DNA of 63,981 bases, filler included, from Sanchytrium tribonematis (GCA_018985235.1; 5 parts of 5 records of this genome joined end to end with filler, not necessarily neighbours in it); one strand, 5' to 3'; counted from the whole stretch's first letter, positions 32,567-46,400 are shown. Numbers and translations: made by a program. Notes: a model not told the origin generated them from the letters alone.

Positions 32567-33697
32567 TTATTCCATATTAAAGGTTTTAAATACATGAAAT
32601 CCACTCAAAGCAGAAGTAATTAAACATCCATAAGTAGGATGCCAATGAACATCTCTAATGCAGTCTTGCCCCTGGTGAACAAACATCAATTGTGGTGGAA
32701 CCTCCTTTGTTTCTTCAACAACCTGAACATCAGCCTCTTCCACAGAGCAGTCCCAAACATTGACTTGTTCATCACTGCAGCTGACAAATGTAGTGGAATC
32801 ATAAGGATGCCATTCAATTGCATTTATGGGAGATTGGTGCCATTCGTAGTGCGCCAAACTTTCATCTAAACACCTTAAATCATAAATGTCTATACTTCCA
32901 TCATCCATTCCAAATAACATTAAACTGGCAGATTTGTTCCAATCAATTACATTTATGTCACATTCTGCTAATTGTTTGGAGACTCCAGATTGCTTCAAGC
33001 GAGTATCCCAAACATTAAATAGTCCGTTTCCTTGCGCAGTGGCAAAAACTGTGGGTTCATTGGGAGAAGCCTTGATATCCTCTATTGACGAATTCGTTTT
33101 CGCAATTTCATGCTGCAAATATCCAGATTTTGTAAATTGTACATGTTTCAGAACACCATTTGATGCACCTATTAGCCAGTCATTTTGAAGTGATTCAAGT
33201 CCGAATCCTTCGGAAACATCCATTGAAAATATAGATTTTTTACCTTGTCTAATTTCAAATTGCTTTGCAATAATTCCTAATAAATCATTGCTGTATTTTA
33301 ATCTTAAAATATCACCGCTAATTTTGGAAATATCACATTCAAAAACTGGTTCCCGAAGTGGATCTTCTTCTTCCGTGACTTCAAAAATTTGATTTAAATC
33401 AATATCATAAATATCATTCAATTTGTCTGAACTAGATCCACCAGCCACAATTTGCATGTGCCATGGGAACACTTTCTTGTTGGCATTCGGTTTGATGGCA
33501 AAAGTCAAACATGGCCATGGTGTATTTAAATCATAAAACACATCATATACATCCATATCAACATCCAATTCCTTTTCTTTTTTATCTGGGAGATACAGTT
33601 CTTGCTCGACATCACTTTCTCCAGAGCTGCTATCTTCCATATCGTCATTTGCGATATGTATCTTTGATGGTTGATCATCTTCAGGTGATCGTTTCAT
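32567..33697 (-). CDS. RRB1: Ribosome assembly WD40 protein Rrb1/GRWD1
   Basis: PWPCLTF, SIEDIKASPNE.TVFA, DINVIDWN and VPPQLMFVHQGQ. Confidence 0.9.
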   Translation of the reverse strand: MKRSPEDDQPSKIHIANDDMEDSSSGESDVEQELYLPDKKEKELDVDMDVYDVFYDLNTPWPCLTFAIKPNANKKVFPWHMQIVAGGSSSDKLNDIYDIDLNQIFEVTEEEDPLREPVFECDISKISGDILRLKYSNDLLGIIAKQFEIRQGKKSIFSMDVSEGFGLESLQNDWLIGASNGVLKHVQFTKSGYLQHEIAKTNSSIEDIKASPNEPTVFATAQGNGLFNVWDTRLKQSGVSKQLAECDINVIDWNKSASLMLFGMDDGSIDIYDLRCLDESLAHYEWHQSPINAIEWHPYDSTTFVSCSDEQVNVWDCSVEEADVQVVEETKEVPPQLMFVHQGQDCIRDVHWHPTYGCLITSALSGFHVFKTFNME

Positions 33698-33747
33698 TGT
33701 GCGTTTCAAACATTACCCTAAAAGTACAAAAATAAATTTGCGATTTA

Positions 33748-36004
33748 TTAAGTGCAACAGCCCTTATTGACTCTGATTCTAATCCAATGCTTAAATCCAG
33801 GCAACAAACATTCATGGTTGTACATCAATGTCTGCAATTTATCGTTGTAAGTGTATCTTCCATCAGAAACGGAAATGAACATGTTATGATGCTCATATTG
33901 AAATAAAGGCACATAAATTATAGTTGGAGGAATTTGGGAAGTCACTAAATTTGAACTTTCCTTCATATCTTCCTTTTCCATATGGTGGCTGAGATTTGTG
34001 ACAAATGCCACAATACTATTCTCATCTCCCAGCGGATTTCTAAATTCTAAGTAATACTCCAGAGTATTCATAACAAAGTATTGGTTCAATGGCTCTCCAG
34101 CTATTCTAGTGGCATATGGACGAATGACAGCTTCCAAAACTCTTCCTCCGGCATATTCTACATCCATTGGCAAATCAAAAGGAGTCGAATGAGAGTGGCT
34201 TAAAACGGAAGTCTTTGTCTTTGCTAATTCTTTTGAGTCTTTGTTGTCACTTGCTTTTAATTTTCTACTTTTTGATCTTTCATGTTGGTTAAAAATGCTG
34301 AAATCTTCTCCATTCCAGTGATCACCATATTCTCTACTGTTATTAACATTGTAATTCCACAGACTAAATTATTTTAAAATACGTAAAATGAGTAAAATTG
34401 CTTTCCATCGCATACAAAATGGCATCTAAAAATTTGCAATGATTTTTCACATGTCCTTGTAAAATCTCTTTGTTGTTCATATCAAATGGAATACCACATT
34501 CACCAACAATAGTGGGAATTGAATTAGAATCTCCTTCCTTCACTAAATTTTTAATCTGTTGATGGAAATTCAATTTCGCACCTCCCATTCCAAAATACAT
34601 GCTACTAAAAATGCTCTCTCCACTTCTAATGCCCGGTACATCAAAAGTAATGTATCCTTTGAATTTTTTGTTAAAGACACTTTGCAATTCATACCAATGT
34701 GGCGCATACACTAAATTTGGAACATGCGACTCAAATTTCGGTGAGACATGACCAGGGATTGGTTCAAAATAAATAAATAAATTAGAATTCACTTCATGAA
34801 TAGTTTTAGCATAGAGCTCGATAAATGGGGCATAAAAATCTTGATTAAAATTAACTTTGATTCCAGTAACTGGATGTTTATAAAAGTAATCTGGTTTCAG
34901 TAAGGCTGGTTTGCCATTGACCATATCCCAAACGCCTTGTTGCTTCCAAATACATTCATAATTAGGAAGCCAGGCTTTACTTTGATTTGCATTTAAAAGT
35001 GTTTGACCAACTTTTTTGCTTGGATAAGGCCACGATTTCATATATAAATCAACTTGACAAGGTACACCCATACCCAAAGCGAATTGTTGAAGTGGGCTTG
35101 GACATTCACCTAACATTAAATGATCGTAATAATTTAATTCGTGTAAAGTTGACATTTGAATATATCCCATGTGTGGCTCATTCATAACCTCAAATCCAAT
35201 GATATTTGGACAATCCTGAAGCTGCTGTGCCAAATGGCTGTAAGCTTTGCAATAATGAGTTTGTAAATATGTTTGAACATTTATGCCCTCTATTTTACAA
35301 TTTGGTGCAAAAGTATTTCCAGCAAAGAATAGTGTAAACAAGGTAGCACTTGCTAATTTCGAAGCATTGGTGGGCCATAACATTTGAGAAGACTCGTTGT
35401 TGCTAGTAAAATTTAAAGTATCACGTGAATGGCGGTCTGGAATGATTTCGCCAGTGATAGGATCAATAGCACTACTCAATTCGTGTAAAATTGCAGCACC
35501 ACATGCTTCAAAATTGACAACATTCATTCCAACACATTCGAAAACCCATCCAGGGGCTCCGCTGCCTCCAGAATATCTAGAAAAAGTGTCTTGATGTGGA
35601 TCTATAAATACAACAATATGATATTGGTGAGCTATTAAAATAATTTGCTTAATGTAATTGATATAATCTTCGTCATATTTACCTGGTCCAGAATGCTCAA
35701 TGGCTTCCCAAGGAACCAATAAACGGATAAAAGTAAATCCCCAGTGATGCAATTTTTGAAAATGTGTATGCGCTTGGTCAATAGGAAAGGGTCTATTGAT
35801 GAAAGACACGTTTCTATGATTGTAAAATTCTGGTCGAGACGGTGATAGAGCAAATGGTGATGTTGGTAATTTACTATTTCCTCCTAAATTTACACCTCGC
35901 ATCTGAATTATGCGACCATGATCATCACGAAAATATCTTTTAGTTAATTTTATCTTTGTGTTGGACAGAGACTGAGCTGGCAAAGAATTTTGAGTAGAGC
36001 TCAT
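33748..36004 (-). CDS. GH5 endoglycoceramidase-related glucosylceramidase/sterylglucosidase (EGCrP/Egh1-like); 19-nt intron at 34364-34382
   Basis: RGVNLGG, WEAIEHSGPG, DPHQD..SRYSGGSGAP, NEP (acid/base) and GECG (nucleophile); splicing restores TLWNY..GDHWNGEDFSIF and continues in frame to GGR..AVIRPY. Confidence 0.9.
34364..34382 (-). other. 19-nt spliceosomal intron GTATTTTAAAATAATTTAG
   Basis: Removal restores the conserved WNY/GD.WNGED motif. Confidence 0.92.
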
Positions 36005-36156
36005 TTAACCCGCGTTTGGATTGACGACTTGGCTTGAAAATTGAACATTTTTAGACTCGATAGAAGACTTGTTGCCTTGGTAAGTTGTGAAAAGAAAGTT
36101 ACTTGAAATACAAATGGATAAAGTCACTGGAGCAACATGTGTCAATAAATTTTATT

Positions 36157-37204
36157 TTAATAATTATCAAAAATCTCAGAATATTTTGGAATGCCGACAT
36201 TCAATATTTCGACAATATCCGCATTTAAGTCAAAAGTCATAGATAGTATTCTTATTATATTGCTTACCGTCATTAGATTTAGATCAGAGTTTTCAGAAAC
36301 CTTAAAAAAAACATAACAAGTCAATCTAATAATTATATATACATCAAGCTCTACTTCGGATAAGCAGTCCCTCAAAGACCCGGTGCTTTTTGACTCATGA
36401 AATTTGCTGAAGTCTGAGGCTTCAAACAAATTTGGGTACAATCTAATGTACTTTTTAAATAAACTAGAACATAAATATACTAAATCGTCTCCTTCATAAT
36501 GAGGAAGATGAGTTTCGAAGCTTACGAATTTACCTAAATGAATCAAAATTACAATTCTTCATAAGTTCTTCAATTTTCTGCACATCTCGCAGATCAGCAG
36601 ATTTGCGCATGATGCCTGGGACCGTCAGATTTTCTAATATAACCTGCACGATTTGAGAGAGACGGCGATCAAGTTTTTCCAGTAAGTAGTTAATCTCCAT
36701 TGACCGCATTTCTTGGTTTAGATCATATAATTTAGTTTCATAAAACGGATTGAGGATGGTGGAATTTTTTCTAAAAGGTGCAACAGAAAGGACTGATTTC
36801 ACAATTCTCGCGAAAGGAAGTTTTCCTGGACTTTTAAATGCTTGAATTCTTGTTAATTGTTTGAAAGGTGACCCAACGGATTTTTTACTTTCTTTAAAAT
36901 GATAAATTTTTCTTATTTCGGACAAAGTTTTCACATTGTCCATACTTTCTACTTTGGAATCACGAGTTATTGTTGATAGGAACTTCGCAAATTCCAAGTT
37001 TCCACCACTTTTTCTAGTGGATGAAGACTCGCTGGTGTGGCTCGTGCGATCCTGACTTAGTGAAGACCTTTCAGATCTAATAGCAGCCTCTTTCTTTCCC
37101 CATAGATACTCTTGAATATCTAGGTCTGTATTTAAACTTAATGTTTCTGTTGAAATATTTAGCTCTAAGTATCTTTCAGTATTTTCACAGTTTTCCAAAT
37201 TCAT
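36157..37204 (-). CDS. RhoGAP-domain protein; 19-nt intron at 36534-36552
   Basis: GIMRKS arginine finger in exon 1; SSLFKKYIR and NLMTVSNI in exon 2. Confidence 0.75.
36534..36552 (-). other. 19-nt spliceosomal intron GTAATTTTGATTCATTTAG
   Basis: Joins ORFs 36530..37204 and 36157..36546 in frame within the RhoGAP domain. Confidence 0.85.
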
Positions 37205-37541
37205 TTCTTCTTTGTTACAACTGGGATGACTGTTTAATTTAAAGTTTATTAAATTTAAATGAATTTGTCTCAGGTGATCGAAAGTGACCCTTCCGTTTTA
37301 TCCATAAAGAATTTAGAAAATCAGGGAGCGAAAAGAATATAATACCTTTACAAAATCAATAGGCGATTTGAAAGAGATTTGTTAAAAATATAGCTGTTTT
37401 TCACTTTCTGAAACTTTTAGCCAATTTGAACTGTGTCAAAATAGTCAGGCGGGACTATCGAATCCACAACATTAATATGATATGTACATTTGAAAATTGG
37501 TCTTTGTAATCATTTCCTCAGATGATTATTTATTGTGACTC

Positions 37542-38966
37542 ATGTTTTATCAAGGTAGTTTTTTCGAAATAAAGGATCAAATTGGGGGAATGTCAAATTT
37601 TTCTAAAGTGGAGTCTATTCAATTGGCTATTACGAATAAATTCAAATTTGCAAAGCCGACACACTGCCAAAGTGAGACATTCAAGCAGTTTCGGGCCAAG
37701 AAAGACATTTTATTAAATGCAAGAACGGGAAGCGGTAAAACCCTAGCTTATCTTATTCCGTTATTAGAATCTCAGGGCTCAAAGGTCATTTTGACACCAA
37801 CAGAACAGCTATCAACTCAGATAAAGCATATCGTTAAAAGACTGCAAGGTGAAGACGTTTTAGTAGGTACTCCAAAATATGTTTGCGAACAATTGGAGAA
37901 GAATCCTATGAAAATCAATCATTTAATTTTAGATGAAGCAGATCTAATATTTCTGTTCAACTATAATCAGGATGTAATGAATGTCGCTAAATATACAGAA
38001 AATGTCCAGACAGTTGTAGTTTCTGCCACTGTTCCCAGTGCTATTATGGATATGGAAACGAGCACAGAGTCTGAAAAATTACTACAAGATTTCTGTAAAT
38101 TAATGTTAAAAAATCCATACATTTTTGAAGAAAAAGAGCAAGAAACGTCTTTGAAGCATTATCAGATTAAAATTGAAGACAAGTCAGATTTATATTTACA
38201 TTTATACTTTATATACAAACTGAAGCTGATCAGTGGAAAGTCTCTTATTTTCACTAATCACATTGACGATGCTTACGGTGTTAAAGTCTATTTTAGTCGT
38301 TTAGGAATCAACGCAGATATTTTGTGTCCAACCTTTCCAATTAATGTCCGAACTGCTACTATCACTCAGTTTAATAGCACAAATAAGGCAGCTATACTGA
38401 TAGTTGTAGACCACTTTAAGGATAATGAGGTTTTGAGTCGAGGAATTGATTTCCAAAGAGTAGTTGCAGTTTTAAATCTAAATGTTCCAAACATTGAAAA
38501 TTATAGACATCGAGCAGGTAGGGCAGGTAGAGCAAAACGTACTGGTATATGTATGACATTTACAACGGAAGACTTGACGGAAATTAAAAAGTATTACGAG
38601 AAGGAAAACACAATTGTTGAAAATTACGAATTTAATAAGGAACATGTATCTGCTTTAAAGTACCGACATGAAGACATTTTTAGAAGTGTGACTAAGAGAT
38701 GGATCTTAGAAGCGAAAAAGTTGGATATCCAAGGAATGATTCTGAAATCAAAATCTCTTCAATCTAAAACTGCAGATGAACAGACAGAACAGCCAAATGA
38801 ATTGAAAGAATTAAACGATGCCTTATCCAAAGGGAAACTACATTTCCAGGTCAAACCGTCATTAAAACACGTTCCAGGCTACCTTTTACCGAATAAACTA
38901 AAGAGACCTGTAAAGCAATCTAGAAAGAATCACAAAAAACACAAATTAGATCCTTTAAAATTTTAA
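37542..38966 (+). CDS. DBP9: DEAD-box RNA helicase Dbp9/DDX56
   Basis: ARTGSGKT, DEAD, SAT, SRGIDF, HRAGRAGRA, LKHVPGYLLP and terminal DPLKF. Confidence 0.88.
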   Translation: MFYQGSFFEIKDQIGGMSNFSKVESIQLAITNKFKFAKPTHCQSETFKQFRAKKDILLNARTGSGKTLAYLIPLLESQGSKVILTPTEQLSTQIKHIVKRLQGEDVLVGTPKYVCEQLEKNPMKINHLILDEADLIFLFNYNQDVMNVAKYTENVQTVVVSATVPSAIMDMETSTESEKLLQDFCKLMLKNPYIFEEKEQETSLKHYQIKIEDKSDLYLHLYFIYKLKLISGKSLIFTNHIDDAYGVKVYFSRLGINADILCPTFPINVRTATITQFNSTNKAAILIVVDHFKDNEVLSRGIDFQRVVAVLNLNVPNIENYRHRAGRAGRAKRTGICMTFTTEDLTEIKKYYEKENTIVENYEFNKEHVSALKYRHEDIFRSVTKRWILEAKKLDIQGMILKSKSLQSKTADEQTEQPNELKELNDALSKGKLHFQVKPSLKHVPGYLLPNKLKRPVKQSRKNHKKHKLDPLKF

Positions 38967-39021
38967 TATGTTAAATCAATAAAACTTCTGTTATACTTTA
39001 CTTTGAAACTCCTTGAACCGA

Positions 39022-39870
39022 ATGTGGAAGATCAGAGGAAATCACGATCCAGTATTTATTCCACATTTGCCAGATATTATCAAAGAATGGGTTGACTTTG
39101 ATTGTGATAGCCTGGTAATCGGAAAATCATACTGTGCTATTACCAAAGGAAAGCAAACTACAATTTATTCTAAAAATGATCCACTACATACAGAAAAGAA
39201 GATTTTGGGTTCTTGGAATAGTATATATGAGATACATGAAAATTTTATAATCAATGTATTGACAAATCAGAAAATAGAAATTGCAAATGTCAAATCTATA
39301 GCAGGCGGTATTAATCATGACTTAGTGCTTTGTCGCAGTGGATATTTATATGCAAAAGGGAGTAACAAATACAACCAAATCGACTCTACTGGCGTCGACT
39401 ACTTAAATTTTACAAAGGTAGGTGAAAACGTGTCAGAAATTCAAGCAGCAAATAACAGAAGTTACATCAAAAGCACAAATTCTCTTTTAATTGGTAAAAT
39501 TATGGACGAGGAACTCGAGCATTTACACAAATACAAAGACTTTAATGTTGCATTGGGCTGGAATAGTCTCTGCTTGTACAAAAACCACGATTGTATCGTA
39601 ATTGGTAAAAACAACTTATTGCAACTCGGAAAATCACATTTAGCTCACCCTAAAGTCAATCATTTTCAAATGGGATATCCAATTCAGAAAATAGTAGCTG
39701 GTTCAGAGCATTATTTATTATTGTGCAACGGCGACGCATATGGTTGGGGCTGGAATGATCATTTTAACTTTGAAGATGGTAATAATTGTGTTCCATTTCA
39801 CAAATGTTCTGAAAATGTCCTTGACATTTATTGCGGTCCTGCAGTTTCTTGTTTGAAAATCAAAAAGTAA
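39022..39870 (+). CDS. RCC1/BLIP-II repeat protein
   Basis: IAGGINH..GSNKYNQ and IVAGSEH..YGWGWN repeats. Confidence 0.75.
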   Translation: MWKIRGNHDPVFIPHLPDIIKEWVDFDCDSLVIGKSYCAITKGKQTTIYSKNDPLHTEKKILGSWNSIYEIHENFIINVLTNQKIEIANVKSIAGGINHDLVLCRSGYLYAKGSNKYNQIDSTGVDYLNFTKVGENVSEIQAANNRSYIKSTNSLLIGKIMDEELEHLHKYKDFNVALGWNSLCLYKNHDCIVIGKNNLLQLGKSHLAHPKVNHFQMGYPIQKIVAGSEHYLLLCNGDAYGWGWNDHFNFEDGNNCVPFHKCSENVLDIYCGPAVSCLKIKK

Positions 39871-39886
39871 AAACGTAAGGGTTGGT

Positions 39887-39986
39887 NNNNNNNNNNNNNN
39901 NNNNNNNNNNNNNNNNNNNNNNNNNNNNNNTTAATTAATTAANNNNNNNNNNNNNNNNNNNNNNNNNNNNNNNNNNNNNNNNNNNN
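39887..39986. other. Artificial contig-joining linker
   Basis: N44-TTAATTAATTAA-N44. Confidence 0.98.
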
Positions 39987-41320
39987 GGACGGCGTACGAC
40001 CTGATCTAGCACGTATTCAACCAATTGTGGACTATCCTCGACCACAAACAGTGAAGCAAATTAGGACATTTTTAGGAATGGTATCTTTTTATAGGAGCCA
40101 TATCCATCAATTTGCAGACAAGGCAGTCCCCTTATACAATTTATTGAAAAAAATGTATTATTTCATTGGGACCAGAGTCATGAGAATGCATTTGCAAAAT
40201 TGAAGGAAGGTATTATCAAACCAATTTGACAAAGCACCCTGAATTTACCAAACCGTTTGTATTAGAATGTGATGCTAGTACCGTAGCAATTGCTAGCGTG
40301 TTAAAGCAAGATGATGAGATTATTGCAGTTGTCTCGAGATCCCTAAAGAACAATGAAATCAATTGGGCGATCCGAGAAAAAGAATTGTTTAGTATAGTTT
40401 ATTCAGTGCAGAAATTTCGTTACTTCTTGGAGGGACGTGATGACACCATTGTTCGAACTGATCATCAGTCACTTACGTATTTGAAGAGCACTGATTTGAG
40501 GGGTAGAATAGCAAGGTGGGCTATGATTTTGATGCCTTTTCACCTCACTATTCAGTACATTAAAGGTCCTTCCAACGTGTTTGCAGACAGCTTTACTCGA
40601 TTGAATGACCAGATGATGGTGGTAAAACTTATCGATATTTGCTTACTATTACTGATTACTTTACAAAGTGGGTTGAATGCGTTCCTTTGGAAACTGCCAC
40701 GGCTGAGGAAGCTATGAAAGCATTTCAACGTGAGTGGGTAGCACGTCATGGCCGACCATTTAAGGTTATAACTAATCAAGGAAGCAATTTCAATTCCAAA
40801 ATATTTAAGGATTATTGTACAAATGAAAATATTGAGGTTCATTTTACGGCAACTAATTACAAATAAGGCAATGGCATTGCAGAAAAAGTTAATTATTCCG
40901 TGGTTAAGTTTATAAAGGTGAATATGGATGATAAAGATGATTGGCTAACACAATTGCCGAAGGCACTCCAGATTTAAGGTTTACAGTACACAAATCTCAC
41001 AATCAAGTACCTTATGAACTAGTTTATGGTTTACCTGCACGATGGGGACCACTAGAAATGCCACGACCCAAGATGGAACCAGCTTAACAATGATGCAAAC
41101 ACCACAAATCACCACACGAGAACCAAAATTAAAGAATATTTGGATAAGAAGTACAAAGGAGAGACAATTGAGGAGGAAGTTTATGTTCCTAATCCAGAGA
41201 TTGAAAACAAGTTGTCAAAACCCTTTGTGGGTCAATTTGAAGTAGTTGAAACCCTTCTTTATGGGAATTTATTGTTGGATAATGGTGATAGGGTAAACAC
41301 GAATCAAATAAGGAAGAAAA
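39987..41320 (+). mobile_element. Degenerate Ty3/Gypsy pol (RT thumb, RNase H, integrase) with frameshifts, stops and an internal deletion
   Basis: RTFLGMVSFYR, LECDAS..EKEL..RTDHQSL..ARW..NVFADSFTR, ITDYFTKW, ITNQGSNF (catalytic D changed to N) and KLSKPFVGQFEV (GPF/Y-like module). Confidence 0.9.
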
Positions 41321-42371
41321 ACGATTTAGCCTTAAATGCAGCTTCTAATGAAAAAATTATGAAAGATTCACAGGAAAACGAGCAGTGCAATCTATTTCAG
41401 GCTTGTCCCGAATACTTTGATTTAGGAGTTTCATTTCAGCCTTTTGGTTTATAGTACCAAGAATTGATATTTCGAAGAAAGGGGTTAGAACCTGATACAA
41501 TTCATGAAATTTATTTAGGAAAAAAACTAAAACTGAAATGAATGGCTGCAAAACATCATGGAGGGATGTTGTATCCACAGGATGTGAAATGGGTGATGTT
41601 GTGACCCCATTGATTTCAATTATTGCCAATACTTGCAATTGATAATGAGCGAGAGTTGGAAATTGGTACATTTTATGGTGCCAATGAAAAAGTTATTACA
41701 AATGATCACGCTGATCATTTGTCTATTTAAAGGAAACGAATCTCAATAAATAATGGTTTATTCGAAAAATATTTACGAAAACAAAAACAAGAAAGCGAAG
41801 TCAATCCAAGAGATAAGGGACTTATTGATTAAGGCACCCAAATCCTTGGATGTCACCGATGGCCAGGGTGATTACACACTGTGAGTGTGTATCATGCATT
41901 GAACATCAATCTTTTGGGGAAACATGTCTGGGATAAAAGATAGGTTGATATTATAGAAGGAGATAAATGAAGAAAGAAAGACGGAATTTATTGACATATG
42001 AAGGCATATGGATATGCGTTGTATTTTTGGCAATAGCATCCAGTCTATCCAATCATTTTTGGTTTTTTTCAATTATTTCAAAATACATAATATCTACCTC
42101 GCGTTAATCTACATTGAAGATTTTAGCTGCACAATTAGTACAGAATAATCAGAACTATTTCAGAATGACCTCAAAAAGAAATATAAATTGAAATAAGTAC
42201 TAGTGATTATTGTAGAAATGAAAAGTACCACCGAAGATGCAAAGTTAATTACGTGTAGTTGAACTTGATTTTCTAAGATTGCTATACTGTGTGACTGAAA
42301 AGAGACCGAGATGGATGGAATTGAAATCTGAAGGATTAGATGCGACAAAGTCTGGTACTTTGGAGCGATGA

Positions 42372-42689
42372 TTACATGCAAAACTGGAAGTCAAATTAGA
42401 TTCTTATCCACAATTTATATGGGATGCTAGTCAGTCTATTACAAAATGGAAGTCGTTGCTAAAAGCATATAAATCACAGATTAGAATGGATAATTCTGAT
42501 ACTGGTGGTGGTGAAAGACCCATAATTTTTGGTGAAAACAAAATTGCTGTTATCATGCCATCTCAAGATCCATCAATCTGTCCAGTCGCAAAATATTATT
42601 CTTTCACAAGTCAATTAGAAATGCCCAATTCCTCAGCCATCGTGTCTGACCTGAGCCAGCACGTAGGCACCGACTATTTATATAAATGA
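42372..42689 (+). pseudogene. Myb/SANT-like ORF remnant, probably the second ORF of the Harbinger element
   Basis: WDASQSITKWKSLLKAYK...DTGGG, convergent with the transposase remnant. Confidence 0.45.
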
Positions 42690-42779
42690 ATCAAATATTT
42701 TTTTTATTTATATTGTAGACAACCATCGCTGCTGTATCTAGCAATGGTACATGTTTTTTATCTGCTTCCATTTGTTTGT

Positions 42780-43460
42780 AAAAAAGACCAAATTTGCCTT
42801 TAAATTGGCCAAATGTTTGCTCTACCACGCTACGGGCTGAACCGCTAATATCACCACCCGTTTTTAAAAAAAAGGTTCATGTTCAACTGCGCTATCTACC
42901 AAAGTCATGTTATCAATATTAAATACTTTTTGATCATTTTTAATTGCTTCGTACAAAACAGTGCTGTTAAAGATGCTGCTATCATTTACAGTGCTAGAAA
43001 ATCCTGCATTTATGAAAAGGATACGGCTGTCAAAGTCACAAATTGCTAAGACATTGACTCCATATCCTTTCTTGTATCCACTCCAGTATCTTTCCCCGAA
43101 TTTGACTGGTTGGCGAATTTTGATGAATGTGCCATCCATGGCAGCAACCACGTTATAAACAACATGTCTGAGTCTAAATGACTGCTGACTGGCTAAGATC
43201 TACACTAATTTCAAATGCCAACTTGCATCGGATCAAATTTGCCATTTTTAGCACAATTGTGCAAATAGAACCACGAGCATAACCAAATTGCTGCCCAAGT
43301 GGTCTATAGTTTTCTCCCGTCGCGATATGACAAATAAAGATACATAATGCTTTTTTGCGTCTATTTGTAGCATAAACTTCGATTTTATTGCATTTAAAAT
43401 GTAACTGAATGCAGCTATTGGAATACGCATGTGATCTTGAAATTCTTCGTCATCCATTTT
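42780..43460 (-). mobile_element. Degenerate PIF/Harbinger (DDE_Tnp_4) transposase
   Basis: MDDEEFQDHMRI, AAMDGTFI, YKKGYGVNVLAICD..NDSSIF and ARSVVEQTFGQFKGKF fragments in different frames. Confidence 0.85.
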
Positions 43461-46400
43461 TAATAAGTAGTTATCGTACCAGTCTGAGCTGTATTGTTTT
43501 CATTTCGAGTGCTTTTAAAAGCAGCTAGTAGGAGGAACAACATTGTATGAAAAAATAATGAATTTTATTTAGATTCAATCTTCAAATATGTAATAAAACG
43601 AAATGTACAAGATCGAGTTGTATCAGGGTTGAATACCCCTTCAACTCAATCCATACTCGACTCTGGAGTCAATTCTAGAACACTACCATTTAGAATGCTT
43701 CAAAATTGCTATTTTGGTGACTGTTGACCAATGGAGTGCATAGAAGGACCACTTCGTGGCATAAGAATAATCAAATAGATAGACGACGGGTGTCTGCCTG
43801 GGAGACGAGTAAATAAATAAATTATTTACAATGAATAACATGGCGCCTCCTAAAGTCGAAGAATTAAAGCATATGCAAGAACATGAGATGCAGGAAGCCG
43901 TAGACAACGGTACAAGTGAAGGCAAACTTACTAGTCTCAGATCTGTACACCAACTTTAATACAGTCCCTTGAAAATGGATTTAAAATTCGGGGTTTTTCT
44001 CGGGATTAAATAAAATTGAAAAAAGTGGGGTTTTCTTAGATTCTGGCTCACAACAATCACTGTGTCGACGAACTACAACAAATTTAAAACCCAAGATACT
44101 GCCCGGTGGTTTGGAGGGTATGGTTTTTAATTTTGTTTAGCAGTCTCAATGATGATTCCGTGGAACTTGACAATACTTTCAATTACTTATCAATTCCATT
44201 CCACATCAAAAATGATTTCACGATAAATACAAATCTTGATACATTTCTGGCTCAATATGAGCGGCTAATACAGATGCCTTTATAAGTTTAAAAATACCAG
44301 AAAATTCGAAACCTAGTCAGCAGCAAAAAGCGACGCAAAAGGTATTTAAACAGTATTAAGACATCGCTAAACAATTCAATGGGGATGCCAATCCAGTGGC
44401 TAGTATTGATTACAATGAACAAATCACTAACCTTGAAAACGAATACGAAATTTTAGAATTAGCACTAAAAATGAAAGAAAATCAGAACTATCAACCATCC
44501 ACTTCTAAAGAGCATACTCACTTGTTGACAAGAACCATAAGTGACTTTAAGTTGCTAAGTATCAATGTTACAAGAAAACTGTTAGAATACATTAGTTTTT
44601 TGAAAAGCCAATTCGAATATTATAGTAATTTGTTTAAAATTCATCCAATATAACCATTAACGACGTCCAAAAATATCTATAAGTTGTTCCACTCAAAATA
44701 GTTAAAAAGTGTTACAGTATTTTTTGAAGGTGCTGGAGTATTAAATTCAATTAATTACTAATTTGATAATTCTGTTTACGATTTTTGACACTGCCTACAA
44801 AGTAATTGGTGATTAAACACCCTTTGCTAACATTAAGCAGACCCAAATGGCCATATCCACTAAACAAGCACAATCACACTCTTCAACGGCCATTACGATT
44901 AAAGTAACACTTTTCGTAAATGTCTTCACAACTATTCGGGAACGTCGATATACCATCATTCACATAATTAGTAACATTGAAAAGCATAGATGACCATTTT
45001 TTTTGGATCTTAAAGTAGCACCTAAGGTGTGAAAAATATGTTATCCCTGTTAAATATAATTGATCATGGTAATCATGGATAAACTTCGTGACAATTTCAA
45101 TTATTTCTGAACAACCACCACATCTTTGTCTTACAGCAGTATTTACTTTTTTAGTCAGGTTTTTTATCAAATCACGGACTTCATCCTTTATAGAGTGTTT
45201 GGTAAAAATTTCTGTCTTACTCATTTCTACGTATCAAAGTCTCCTTTACTTTTCAGATGCGACTGCTATGACACAACAATTAAGACAGTGCAAACTTACT
45301 TTTCCTCACCGGGTGTAAGATTATCCTTACCTTTGAGAACCGTACAAACCCATAGCCAATCGAAAGATAGATGGAAGTTACTACAAGACGCTACGTGCTT
45401 CTACTAGCTATCTAATGAAATACATTATTTACAAATATGATTTTTATGCATTTATTATAAAACTACGATAGTGATAGAAGTCGCATAAGTGACTTAGATG
45501 AATGTAGTAGTATGACCACAATCGATGGATGGTCAGAGGCAGCTTATGAAAAATTTACGAGAGCTGCAGTTGTTTGGCTAGATTAACAGTAAAAACATAG
45601 TAGCGAGGTAAGTAGACGATTAGTTCCGTCTAGTCAATGTATGAGAAACGTCATCTATGTATTTGTAAGTATTTTATAAACGAGCGATTTGCTAGAGGAA
45701 GTAAATATGCGCCGACTAGAAATTTTATTTCAAGGCATTTTGGAAACCTCTCGATCAGTAGGAGAATTGGTATTGATTTGTCAAGATTTGCCTTTGAAAA
45801 CGAAGATGTGAACTTTTACGGAGAGATTATTCGAGGTTGTAGAGAAGAATGGACCTTATTTACATTTGAAGGGTGTAGCTAGTCCAGCAGTATGCCAAAG
45901 CGAAGAGAGATCCACGCTCGAAATGGTCAAGTAGTAAATAAACTTTCAAATTCAAAATAAATGGGATAGACAAACACATATTAAATTTCAAAAACTTTAT
46001 CTAATAATTACTTTGTAATATTCTCAACTATGTGTTGGAGTCAAATGATTTTAATTCACATTTTAATTTGCAATTAATTTGGCAGACTCTCAAAGTGCCC
46101 TTAACGGAGATGCTGGAGAAAATTTGGAGAAGTAAGTGAGCAACGCCAAAAATTAATGAATGGAATGCAACTATGAAATCGCGAATAATTCATCATCATA
46201 TATAGATGAGCCTCAACCTCATTTACACACGCCATACAATAATCATTTTTTGCCAGGTGTTGGGCTTTACGTTGATTTTAAGAACCCAGTAGGTACTCAT
46301 GCAAATGAATAAATAAAAGTAGATCGCATGATCTGCCTTTGCGTTTACCTCAGTATGGTGTTGATTTGGAAAATTTGAGTCATGTTTATATGACTTCATG

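Noticed and set aside
37205..37541. Long intergenic with short hairpins as U3, RNase MRP or another ncRNA
   Set aside because: No ordered set of diagnostic boxes found; compatible with a divergent promoter.
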